Positions 14,974 to 23,570 of a stretch of 27,029 nt of DNA are shown here, piece after piece; within the stretch, counting starts at the first letter, position 1, and every line of letters begins with the position of its first letter. A program made the position numbers and the translations under genes. The notes under the pieces were generated by a model. That model was given only the letters and a program-made list of their open reading frames with translations. It was not told where the DNA came from and ran no database searches. Source of the DNA: a virus (lineage: Duplodnaviria > Caudoviricetes); the IMG/VR virus record IMGVR_UViG_3300030330_000237, positions 1-27,029 of that record; one strand, 5' to 3'.

Positions 14974-17456
14974 AATATCCCCTTAATTTTGTTTTCTAAT
15001 TCTAACAGTTTTATATCTGTGTTGGTTTTTAATCTATCTATTGCTACTTCTAATTTATCATCTGCTATTTGTTTTTGTGTATCTAATCTTTGCATTTGTA
15101 AGTTTGCCTCTAGTAGTTTTTCTTCTGCTCTTTGGTTTTGTTTGCTTTCAAATTGTTGTGTCTCAATATCTAACTCTTTGTCTCTGAGCTCTAATTCTTT
15201 CTGCCTTATGTCAACCAAAGGATCGCCACCACCGCTCATGCCTATGGATTGTAAGAAGTCGTTTGCAAGTTGGGCCATAATTGCAGAGCTGTATTGTTCG
15301 TTGATTGCTTTGATTTGTTGCATGATTGCAGCTGCCTCTTCTGGACTAACTTGTTGTATGACCGATTGTATTTCTGCAATCCTTTGTTGCATTTCTGGTG
15401 GCATCTGTTCTTGAGCTAGTTGTGCGGCCAAGAATTGTAAGTGCTGCATACAATGAGAAATTATTAAAGCTTGTACTTGCGGACTTTCTTTCACTAAATC
15501 GGTAAAAAATAGACTTCTGTGCGTGTCTATGTGTGCTTGATGGTTCTGTTCCGGAAAAGCTTGTGCAGGTTGTCCTAACAATAAACCAGCGTTCTCTAGT
15601 CCTGCCTCGACCGGTTGTGGGGTCATATCGGGCGGTGGTTGTAACAAAGCCTCTACATTATCGACGCCTAACGCCGCGTACATTCTTCGGTAAGCCTCAT
15701 AGATGCCCATGGGCCCATGCACTTGTGGGTTTGATTGCACCATTTGTAAAAGCTCTTGAGCCAAGGTAACTCTTTGACTTTGTGAAAAAATATTAGGATC
15801 CGAAACAGGTATGATGTCGACACGATCATCAAAGTCTTGTTGTTTTACCTCATTAGATCCCGTGCCTATTGCATAGTTGTAGATAGGCGGTAAAGACTCA
15901 CCAAACACTTTAGCCAACAAATTAAACTCTAGTTTTTGAGAATAATGCAGTCTTTTGTGAATTGCACTCATAACCTTGGTACCACGTTCTAGGAGGGCCA
16001 CCGTGGTACCTACAGGCATAGCAGCGTTCATGTCGCCTACATTCATGTCCGCTATGGCTGCAAAACGCTTACCTGAGTCAACTAGTAAGCCTAATAACTG
16101 CATTAATACGTTGCTTGGTTCTTTTATTGGTAGAGGTATTAAGTTCTCTCTTAACGATCCACCTGTCGTATCTATGTCTCTAAACTCACCAGGCTGTAAT
16201 GGATCGTCTTCGTCACGAATACGCATACCTCTAGCTTTAAAACCAGCTGGTAGGTTAGCTAATGTGCCTGCATCAATGAGCTGTCTTAAAATAGACGTAG
16301 ATGCCTTGGATAAACCACCGATCATATGAGACAGACCTAAGCCATAAAATCCAAGACCAGGCATAAACTTGTATTGCACAAAATAATTTATTTTATTTTT
16401 AAGTGGATCTGTCTCGTTGTAGTTGCGCCTGATACTTAAAACTTTTTCTGAGCTATCTTCGATTGTTACTATGTAAGGTAGTTTTAGTCCTGTTGGATTA
16501 CCTGCTGCGTCAACATCCTCAAAACCCTCTATATCTAAAACAGTGTGTACCTCGTATACGGTTCTGTTTCTATTTTCTTTGTATGATGGAGAGATACCTT
16601 GTATTTCGTCTATGGCCTCTTCAATCTCTGACATATCCTCAGAATAACCATCGGATCCTATGTCCACATTTGCATAAAAACCAGAAAGTTGTTGTTTTTT
16701 TATTTCATTAGAGGACATGTTAATCACATGCGTAATCCTTTCCGCAGAGCTAATATCAGCAGCCTCGTAAGGCACGATAAGATCTTCTGGCGGTATAAAT
16801 TTAGATATGGCTCTATTTAACACCACATCAAAGTAAACTTTTTTAAAAGCAGAACCAGCAAGCGGTAAGTAAAACAACATCTGATCTAACTCAGGATCGT
16901 ATTCTTCCATTACATTCATAATGTAATAGTTCATAAACTCTTGGACTCTTTCCGCTTGGTTTTCTATTTCTACTGTACGAGCTCCCACTATTTCTGTTTT
17001 TACAGGTCCTTTAGCGGGTAACATTTCTTTATAGGCTTGTGCTTGAAACTGTGTAACAGCCTCAGCCAAGATAGGATGAATGACTCCAGAAGATCCCTCA
17101 AACGGTTGTGATCTTGCATCGTCAAACTTCATGCCAAGATACTTTAGGCCATCTGTATAAGTTTTTTCCCACTCGCTCCTAGATTGTTTGTCGCCTTTGA
17201 TAGAGCTTAATATATCGCTTGCTATGCTTGTCAAAACGTCGTCGCCCAAAACCTCAGCTAAATTTATGTTAAAACCAACTTGTGGTATTTCTGGCGTTAT
17301 TTCAGCGTCAATTAAAACCTGCTCTTGATCCACTAAAATTTCAGCAGCTTGTCTAATCTGATCTTCTCTAGTTGTGTCTGGAACGACCTCAACGGCAGAA
17401 CCCATTTGTCTAATGTCTGGGTTATCTTCTGTGCCTAATCCTTTATCAATAGCCAT
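14970..17456 (-). CDS. Portal protein (P22-like, long C-terminal coiled coil)
   Basis: 828 aa downstream of TerL; HPILAEAVTQFQA, GSAFKKVY, GFYGLG, Q/E-rich barrel-like tail. Confidence 0.9.
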   Translation of the reverse strand: MAIDKGLGTEDNPDIRQMGSAVEVVPDTTREDQIRQAAEILVDQEQVLIDAEITPEIPQVGFNINLAEVLGDDVLTSIASDILSSIKGDKQSRSEWEKTYTDGLKYLGMKFDDARSQPFEGSSGVIHPILAEAVTQFQAQAYKEMLPAKGPVKTEIVGARTVEIENQAERVQEFMNYYIMNVMEEYDPELDQMLFYLPLAGSAFKKVYFDVVLNRAISKFIPPEDLIVPYEAADISSAERITHVINMSSNEIKKQQLSGFYANVDIGSDGYSEDMSEIEEAIDEIQGISPSYKENRNRTVYEVHTVLDIEGFEDVDAAGNPTGLKLPYIVTIEDSSEKVLSIRRNYNETDPLKNKINYFVQYKFMPGLGFYGLGLSHMIGGLSKASTSILRQLIDAGTLANLPAGFKARGMRIRDEDDPLQPGEFRDIDTTGGSLRENLIPLPIKEPSNVLMQLLGLLVDSGKRFAAIADMNVGDMNAAMPVGTTVALLERGTKVMSAIHKRLHYSQKLEFNLLAKVFGESLPPIYNYAIGTGSNEVKQQDFDDRVDIIPVSDPNIFSQSQRVTLAQELLQMVQSNPQVHGPMGIYEAYRRMYAALGVDNVEALLQPPPDMTPQPVEAGLENAGLLLGQPAQAFPEQNHQAHIDTHRSLFFTDLVKESPQVQALIISHCMQHLQFLAAQLAQEQMPPEMQQRIAEIQSVIQQVSPEEAAAIMQQIKAINEQYSSAIMAQLANDFLQSIGMSGGGDPLVDIRQKELELRDKELDIETQQFESKQNQRAEEKLLEANLQMQRLDTQKQIADDKLEVAIDRLKTNTDIKLLELENKIKGIL

Positions 17457-17462
17457 AATAAA

Positions 17463-17642
17463 TTAGTGTAACACTCTTGGTCTGCTTTCTATATCTATCC
17501 CAACTAAATCTGTTAGTTCTCCTTCTACCCACAAACCACTATATTCAGCTATGAGTTCAGCCTCCTCTAACGAATCTGCATGTATATCTGGGCCGCAATA
17601 ATCTCTTCCATCATGCTCAAATTTAGTTAAAAATATTTTCAA
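17463..17642 (-). CDS. Small acidic protein (59 aa)
   Basis: TTG start overlaps the TerL stop (TTGA); MKIFLTKFEHDGRDYCGPDIHADSLEEAELIAEYSGLWVEGELTDLVGIDIESRPRVLH fills the TerL-portal gap. Not in the ORF track. Confidence 0.7.
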   Translation of the reverse strand: MKIFLTKFEHDGRDYCGPDIHADSLEEAELIAEYSGLWVEGELTDLVGIDIESRPRVLH

Positions 17643-19123
17643 TAGTAAACCGTCCTATCTGATTTAAGAAGTTTTACTTCGTCTTGATAATCCTCATTTA
17701 AGGAAATAAAACCTCCCTGCCTAAATCGCATCAAAGCCATTGTAGCACTATCGCAATAGTCGTCATAATCCCCAAAAGGAAACGAGGCCATTTCTTCAAT
17801 TACATCATCAGCAAAATCATGTTCTGGTGCCCATACCATGCCAGATTCAAACATAGGAGCAACACTGTTCATGCGTGCTACTTTGTCTTGTCCTCTGCTC
17901 GGTGCATAAGATGTTACCGGTATGCCCATCCTCCGCAGCTCTTGTGTCAACGGCGTGCCCGATGCTTTCGCCTCTATCAAAACACAATCAGGCTCCCAAT
18001 AGCGATACTCTTCCAAAGCTAGTTTTTTTAACTCCGGAAAGTCACATCTGACTCTTTTCGCGTCTAATAAAATTATTTCATCAGCGTTTTCATCGCCACG
18101 ATTAAATATGGCCCAAGTGGTTATCGCTGAGTAATCTGCCGTATCCTTTTTAGAAAAAGCGGTATCGTAACTTTGTATCACATAAGAATACGAAGGCACG
18201 TCAGCATCTTCCCACCTGTTCCACCACTCTCGTTTTACGATAGAGCCTTCTTCTGCGGTTGGATCCTGCATCCATTGTGAGTTCCATTTAGATATGGGTA
18301 ACGATGCTTTTACGCTTAGTAATTCGTCTTTTTTCCAAAACTCTGGCCATAGAGGATCTTCGGATTCTGGCATAATCGCCGGAAACTCTATGACCTCCCA
18401 TTGGTCGGCAAACTCATCTGATTGTTTTTTTAATACATTACCTACCAAATCTTTTGTGCTCCAGCGCGTCATTACTATCACGATGATTCCACCAGGTTGT
18501 AAACGCTGTCTAGGTCCTGACGTATACCATTCGTAAGCAGATTCCATCGCTTTCGGTGACAGAGCATCTTGTTCTGAATGTGGATCGTCAATAATCAGTA
18601 AATCTGCACCACGACCCGTAATAGCACCGCCTACACCTGCATAAAAACTTTCTCCGTCTTTATTGGTAGTCCAGCGTCCGGCAGATTTGTTATCGGCTTG
18701 GAGTTGCAAATCAGGGAAAATGTGTTGGTAATCTTCGCTATCTATAATGTTTCTTACTCTACGACCGAATCGCACAGCTAACTCTGCGGTGTGTGTGGTT
18801 TGGATTATTTTAAGATTACCTTTTTTACCCATCATCCAAGCAGGAAAAAATGTTGATGCAAACTCTGATTTAGAGTGTCTAGGCGGCAAGCACACAATAA
18901 GTCTTTTGCATTTACCTTCTGCTATTTTATTAAATTTTTCTGCAATTATTTTGTGGTGTCGACCTTCTATAAAGTCTGGCCACATGTGTTTTACAAACGA
19001 CATAAAATCGGTTTGGCAACTGTCTTGTTTTTCTAGTTGATCGTAACGGTTTAACAACGCTAAGGCCTCTGCCTTATCTTGCTCAGAAAGAATGTCAAAA
19101 TCTTTAAATGATATATCACTCAT
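17639..19123 (-). CDS. terL: Terminase large subunit
   Basis: Walker A PPRHSKS, Walker B LLIIDD, VMTRW coupling motif, nuclease motifs QSYDTAFS, IEAKASG and DDYCDS. Confidence 0.95.
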   Translation of the reverse strand: MSDISFKDFDILSEQDKAEALALLNRYDQLEKQDSCQTDFMSFVKHMWPDFIEGRHHKIIAEKFNKIAEGKCKRLIVCLPPRHSKSEFASTFFPAWMMGKKGNLKIIQTTHTAELAVRFGRRVRNIIDSEDYQHIFPDLQLQADNKSAGRWTTNKDGESFYAGVGGAITGRGADLLIIDDPHSEQDALSPKAMESAYEWYTSGPRQRLQPGGIIVIVMTRWSTKDLVGNVLKKQSDEFADQWEVIEFPAIMPESEDPLWPEFWKKDELLSVKASLPISKWNSQWMQDPTAEEGSIVKREWWNRWEDADVPSYSYVIQSYDTAFSKKDTADYSAITTWAIFNRGDENADEIILLDAKRVRCDFPELKKLALEEYRYWEPDCVLIEAKASGTPLTQELRRMGIPVTSYAPSRGQDKVARMNSVAPMFESGMVWAPEHDFADDVIEEMASFPFGDYDDYCDSATMALMRFRQGGFISLNEDYQDEVKLLKSDRTVYY

Positions 19124-19129
19124 GGTCGA

Positions 19130-19190
19130 GCTAGGTGATTAGGTAGTGACGTAATAACCACCTAACTCTAAGCGCAAACCGCCTAGCGGT
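19130..19190 (-). promoter_or_regulatory. Structured leader upstream of terL
   Basis: Nested stems GCTAGGCG/CACCTAGC and TTAGGTGGT/ACTACCTAA, with an alternative ACCGC-TAG-GCGGT hairpin; no SD before the ATG. Confidence 0.45.
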
Positions 19191-19204
19191 AGTATTACAT
19201 ATCG

Positions 19205-19648
19205 TTAAACTTCGTGCCATTCCTTACCTTGAAACAATAAAGATTCTGCCTCTCTTCTGCGAACCAAACCGTTTAAAACTTCGCCGTTTGATTTATTCCA
19301 CCGACGCATTTGTGCCGGTACTTCGTCGTACGCCCCCTTATTTAAGACTTTTCTTAACGAAGAATTTTTTAAGTTTGTTGGTCCGAGGTTGTAGGTCCAC
19401 GCAATAAGAGCATCATATTGTGATTGATTTAATGGTACTTCTATTAATTTGTCGACGTATTCTTCAAACTCTAATAAATCCTTATCAAGCATTTCTTCTG
19501 CCATCTGCTGTGTTATGGTCATGCCTTCAACCACGTTTTTAGTTGTGCCGAAACCGATAGTCCAAACTTTTGATGGACACAAATAACTTTCTAATGCGCA
19601 ACCTTCAAATTTTTTAATCAAAGCCTTGCCTTCTGCTGAGGTTTTCAT
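19205..19648 (-). CDS. Endolysin, GH24 lysozyme
   Basis: E-x8-C-x5-T triad (EGCALESYLCPSKVWTIG), QYDAL..WTYNLG, GLVRRREAE; no SAR domain. Confidence 0.95.
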   Translation of the reverse strand: MKTSAEGKALIKKFEGCALESYLCPSKVWTIGFGTTKNVVEGMTITQQMAEEMLDKDLLEFEEYVDKLIEVPLNQSQYDALIAWTYNLGPTNLKNSSLRKVLNKGAYDEVPAQMRRWNKSNGEVLNGLVRRREAESLLFQGKEWHEV

Positions 19649-19656
19649 ATTAACTC

Positions 19657-20025
19657 CTATTTTGTAGTTACCATGCGGTAATAAACTACCACTTCTTTGA
19701 GTTCGTTTATATATCTTTTTAGCTCTTGCATGTTGTAAGCCATCAGCTCGTAGTCAGGCACAGACATCGCTACGAACACCAATCTGCCCTCTTCTTTTTT
19801 TAATTTTTCTAAAAAATCGTCTATATTTTTATCCGATACCACATACCAATAAGGTTCTTTGAGATCCAAACCTCTTGGTAATATGGGTTGTGCTATGGTT
19901 CTTTCTATAGGTTTAGAAACTACGTCAACCTTTTTAGGAATTAGGCCGCAACTGTAAACCGTCATCAAGACTGTCAATATTACGACTGTCTTGTTCAATG
20001 CTTTCAAATACTTCTTTTGTGCCAT
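19657..20025 (-). CDS. Outer-membrane spanin-like lipoprotein (Rz1-like)
   Basis: Hydrophobic stretch ending in a lipobox-like VYSC, then a Pro-containing segment; overlaps the 3' end of the i-spanin gene. Confidence 0.65.
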   Translation of the reverse strand: MAQKKYLKALNKTVVILTVLMTVYSCGLIPKKVDVVSKPIERTIAQPILPRGLDLKEPYWYVVSDKNIDDFLEKLKKEEGRLVFVAMSVPDYELMAYNMQELKRYINELKEVVVYYRMVTTK

Positions 20026-20326
20026 TGTTTACTCTCGTTTCTATTAAGCCTGGCTTTGCCGCAGCAAGTTTGCTTAGATTATGTCTTTTGAATATATCAA
20101 GGTATCTATTCATTTCTTGTTCTATTTGTTGATTTTTTCTTTGGATGTCTAATAACCCTTCGGTTTGTACCTTAAAGTCATTTTGCAAAGATTTGATGGC
20201 TGCTTTTTGTTCTTGATCGCGTAGTTCAAATGCTTTGTTTAAACTAGATAAAGATTGGTTTTGATAATACAAAAAACCACATAAGGAAAGCAACACAACA
20301 ATTACGCCTAAAAATACCTTTGTCAT
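19934..20326 (-). CDS. Inner-membrane spanin (Rz-like)
   Basis: One N-terminal TM helix followed by a coiled coil; next to the o-spanin and endolysin genes. Confidence 0.7.
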   Translation of the reverse strand: MTKVFLGVIVVLLSLCGFLYYQNQSLSSLNKAFELRDQEQKAAIKSLQNDFKVQTEGLLDIQRKNQQIEQEMNRYLDIFKRHNLSKLAAAKPGLIETRVNNGTKEVFESIEQDSRNIDSLDDGLQLRPNS

Positions 20327-20344
20327 GGTTTATAATTCTAGTTT

Positions 20345-21496
20345 CTATCCTGAGCTTTGTCTAATGACAATCGTTGAGGAGCTACCACCGTTTACTTTGA
20401 CCTCGTTGACAACGCCGTTTTGTTCTAACACAACCGTATAACTATTACCGCTGTCTATATTTATGGCAGCACTAGATCCTACTGCTCTGGTCATTTTTAT
20501 TTTTTCACCTGTAACTATGGTAGTTATTTGAGTTTTTGTGTCTTGCCCGACTAATGTGCCTTTGATATTTGTAGATGTTGCCTCTTGTGCGAGTTGATCC
20601 TCGTCATCTATTCTGTCTAGCTCGCTAATAATATCTAAGAGATCTTCCAAAAAGTTTACGTTAAGCGCGTCATAATCTAGTTCGGTAAACTCAAGCCCTT
20701 CTTCGCCTAAGTTTTCCTCTGCTAAATAATCAATGTCTAGCTCGTTAAAATCTAATATTGGATCTACGCTATCTGTAGATTCTTGATCTTCTAAAAAATC
20801 CTTGGTTTTCTTCGGCGGCGATACGATAAGCATGTTATCTATAAAATCCAAAGATAGATCTAAAATAACCGGATCTGTGGGTGCCGTGTCTAAAGTTGTT
20901 GTTGTGGTGGCTTGAAATGCTTGATTCAGTATTACCGTGCCCATGTTTGTGGTCACTGATATTTCACCTGATGGTGCTCCGTCTTGATCCGGTAATAATA
21001 TAAATAAAGACTCTGATGTGTCTGAATTTACTGTTACGCTAAAATCCGTACCTCTGATTCCGACCGTAGCGGAGTTGGTCCTTAGTATCATGTTTTCTTT
21101 TGCTACTTTGCCTGTCAGTCCCGTGGTGAAACGAGCCGTGCCTTTTAGAAAGTTGACGGCAAGTTTTGACTTAGATGGGTCTGGATCAAAAACAAACTCG
21201 TCTATGATAACCGTAGAGTTTTCGGTTATTTTTATGGTGGTATCGTCGACAAAACGTATACCCATACGGCCTGCCTCGGTTTGTGCTTTATCGTAAGATT
21301 GCACGACAAAGTTAGGCGTGGCCGCAAATGCCTCGTCCCTTTCGATTTGTGCAAAACCTGTTACTTCATTAACAGATCCTACATCAACAGCTTGTTGAGG
21401 TTCCTTGGTCGTTTTGGATAATGCAGACAGATCCATTTGAGCCGCTACTAATGACCCGTAACCAATCGTTATCCAAAGTAGATGCTTGTGTAACAT
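20345..21496 (-). CDS. Exported FecR-domain protein
   Basis: AQT..GRMGIRFVDDTTIKITENS.VIID...KGTARF...RTNSATVGIRGTDF matches the FecR beta domain; acidic linker. Start uncertain because it overlaps the curlin-like gene. Confidence 0.75.
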   Translation of the reverse strand: MLHKHLLWITIGYGSLVAAQMDLSALSKTTKEPQQAVDVGSVNEVTGFAQIERDEAFAATPNFVVQSYDKAQTEAGRMGIRFVDDTTIKITENSTVIIDEFVFDPDPSKSKLAVNFLKGTARFTTGLTGKVAKENMILRTNSATVGIRGTDFSVTVNSDTSESLFILLPDQDGAPSGEISVTTNMGTVILNQAFQATTTTTLDTAPTDPVILDLSLDFIDNMLIVSPPKKTKDFLEDQESTDSVDPILDFNELDIDYLAEENLGEEGLEFTELDYDALNVNFLEDLLDIISELDRIDDEDQLAQEATSTNIKGTLVGQDTKTQITTIVTGEKIKMTRAVGSSAAINIDSGNSYTVVLEQNGVVNEVKVNGGSSSTIVIRQSSG

Positions 21497-22085
21497 TTAT
21501 TGTTCTTGATCCGCCTGTGTGATCTAAATAAAAGTAACCGCCTTGATAGCCGTCGCCGTTATAATTGACAGTGTTGTCCGATCCGTCTATGTCCATGTAA
21601 TTTGTGGCTAGATCCACGTCAATATCAGAATCAATCGTGTTGTTAGAACCGTTGATTATCCAATCTAAATCAAGTGTCGATGCCATGGCATTAGTGGCTT
21701 GATCTAATGACATGTCGTTTGAAGATCCTGAGACTTGTATGTTGACGTTACTAGAATCTGCTCCATAGGTGTTGCTTGGATCTGTTTGTATGTCAAAGAC
21801 GTTAGAATCGCCGGTAAACTCAAAAAAACCGGTATAAGTATCTGCGTAAATATCACCCTTAAATAAGTTGCTAGATCCTATTTGATTGATATCTAAAGTC
21901 ATTGTCACACCATCCAAATCTAGCGGTGTCATGGTGCCTGACACGGCGTTTGCTCCACCGATTAAGTTGCCAGATCCTAATTGCTCAACGTCTATGTTTA
22001 TGGTGTTACCTACTTGGTCAATGCTAACTTCATTGTCCGTCGCATATACGAAACCCACAAATAATAATAAAAAATATTTAATCAT
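21384..22085 (-). CDS. Curlin-like (CsgA/CsgB-like) secreted beta-repeat protein
   Basis: Signal peptide ending VYA, then repeated hydrophobic-x-hydrophobic-x-Q/x-x-G-x-x-N units; D/N/S/G-rich; directly follows csgG. Confidence 0.7.
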   Translation of the reverse strand: MIKYFLLLFVGFVYATDNEVSIDQVGNTINIDVEQLGSGNLIGGANAVSGTMTPLDLDGVTMTLDINQIGSSNLFKGDIYADTYTGFFEFTGDSNVFDIQTDPSNTYGADSSNVNIQVSGSSNDMSLDQATNAMASTLDLDWIINGSNNTIDSDIDVDLATNYMDIDGSDNTVNYNGDGYQGGYFYLDHTGGSRTINVTQASTLDNDWLRVISSGSNGSVCIIQNDQGTSTSC

Positions 22086-22887
22086 CCTTATAACTCCAAT
22101 AGCCTTTGATTATACCTTTTTCGATGTTCTTTAATACAGCAACCTCTATAGCAGATTGTAAAGCTAAAGTTATAGATTCGTTCTCGACATTACCGTTTTC
22201 AATTTCAATAAGCTCAGTATTGTTTCTAACAAATCTAAATATGTCCTCGTTAATGCCTACACTCAGTATGCTTTTTGTTGTTGTAACCTCAGTCAATATT
22301 CTGCCGGTCAATACAGATATGAAACGCAAACTAACGGTAACGGTATCTTGGCGATACTGTCTGCTCATGCCTATGCCTAAGACTCTGCCACCTGTGCCGC
22401 CTGTCCTTATATTGCTTTCGTAACTAACGACTGCGCCCTCTATAATTAAGCCGGCAAACATCAAAGCTTTTAGTTTTTGCGGTTCTTTAAAACTTTCTCT
22501 AGTAGAACGGATGAGTTGGCGTTCTTTACTAAGGTTGTCTAAGCCGATGCGTTCAACCACCTCGAAGAAATTACCTTGTGCAGTGTTTTTTAAAGTCTGT
22601 ATTAACAAAGTGTAAGGTGCTTGAGTAACCGCCGTGCTAAACGTAGCAAACGCGCTGTTACTGCGTCTTTGTCCGGTTTGATCTAAAAAAGAACTTGGAT
22701 ATACCGCAACCACAGGTTTTACTTTTGGCTCTTTTAGATTCCATAACTCGTCGTTTAGGATCGACGCTACTTCGGCAACGCGCGTTATTTGTAAATTATC
22801 TATGGTGTATTCAGAGTCTAGTAAGACGCAACTAGAACTTAAAGCTGTTAAGAGGGAAAGTAATAGTAGTTGTTTGACCGTTTTCAT
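22078..22887 (-). CDS. csgG: Curli secretion channel CsgG
   Basis: Lipoprotein signal ending LSSSC; FLDQTGQ, FSTAVTQ, FEVVERIGLDNLSKERQLIRS, IIEGAVVSYESN..TGG, QYRQDTVTVSLR. Confidence 0.92.
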   Translation of the reverse strand: MKTVKQLLLLSLLTALSSSCVLLDSEYTIDNLQITRVAEVASILNDELWNLKEPKVKPVVAVYPSSFLDQTGQRRSNSAFATFSTAVTQAPYTLLIQTLKNTAQGNFFEVVERIGLDNLSKERQLIRSTRESFKEPQKLKALMFAGLIIEGAVVSYESNIRTGGTGGRVLGIGMSRQYRQDTVTVSLRFISVLTGRILTEVTTTKSILSVGINEDIFRFVRNNTELIEIENGNVENESITLALQSAIEVAVLKNIEKGIIKGYWSYKDD

Positions 22888-23320
22888 CCTTAACTATCAG
22901 TGTAATAAACTCTTCATCTACTTCGTATTCTATCGTATTACCTTCTAATTCTATGGTGCCAGATGTTTGTGGATTTTCGCCAAACAAACTTTCTACCAGC
23001 TGTGAGCTTAATCTAGCATAAACTCTGCTCTCTAAATTTCTAATAAACCTAGCTAACGTCGTGTTATCTGCGTCTCTTTCCGCCTCTTCTATCGCTGCTT
23101 GTTTGGCATCTTTGATAGCTTGGTTTCTTGAGAACTGTTGGTTTTCTATCGTGAGGTAATGTTGTGAGGTATTAATACCGGAAAAACTTGGTGATTTAAA
23201 CTTAAACACCATTTCATCTGCGATTAAAAAATTAGAAAACAAAACCAAACATAGAGCCAATAAAATAAAAAATATTATGGTTCTAAGTTGTCTTTTTTTG
23301 TACTCTTTCCAACTTTTCAT
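22832..23320 (-). CDS. csgF: Curli assembly protein CsgF
   Basis: Signal peptide, then EMVFKFKSPSFSG (CsgF FxNPxFGG-like), LARFIRNLESR, G.IELEG, DENGQTTTI; directly upstream of csgG. Confidence 0.85.
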   Translation of the reverse strand: MKSWKEYKKRQLRTIIFFILLALCLVLFSNFLIADEMVFKFKSPSFSGINTSQHYLTIENQQFSRNQAIKDAKQAAIEEAERDADNTTLARFIRNLESRVYARLSSQLVESLFGENPQTSGTIELEGNTIEYEVDEEFITLIVKDENGQTTTITFPLNSFKF

Positions 23321-23570
23321 CTGGTTCTTTTAGTTTATGTTCTTCTTTTAATTCTAAAACGGTATTAACCTTTTGTTGTAACCGTATCATATCTTGGTCC
23401 AAAAGACGTAATTGATCGGTCAATCGTATTATGGTGCTTTTCATTTCTTGCACGGCCGGATCTATGGTTTTGGTAATCGTTTGCCAAACGTAGAAAACGA
23501 AATAACCAAGACCAACTACCATGACTACGGGAAAACCAAAATCCGCTACTATTTGGACAATATCCATCAA
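23283..23570 (-). CDS. Single-TM membrane protein with coiled coil (holin/YvrJ-like)
   Basis: IVADFGFPVVMVVGLGYFVFYV...DQDMIRL; paralogue of the upstream gene. Confidence 0.7.
   Translation of the reverse strand: MMDIVQIVADFGFPVVMVVGLGYFVFYVWQTITKTIDPAVQEMKSTIIRLTDQLRLLDQDMIRLQQKVNTVLELKEEHKLKEPDEKLERVQKKTT

Noticed and set aside
19124-19204. tRNA in the terL-endolysin gap
   Set aside because: No cloverleaf, T-loop consensus or CCA on either strand.
19205-19648. Cys replacing the catalytic Asp in the lysozyme as a novelty or inactivation
   Set aside because: E-x8-C-x5-T is a known active variant in GH24 endolysins.
20345-23320. csg genes as host contamination or a prophage boundary
   Set aside because: They overlap or abut phage genes on both sides, share strand and apparent composition, and lack csgD/csgE; no integrase or att site is visible.
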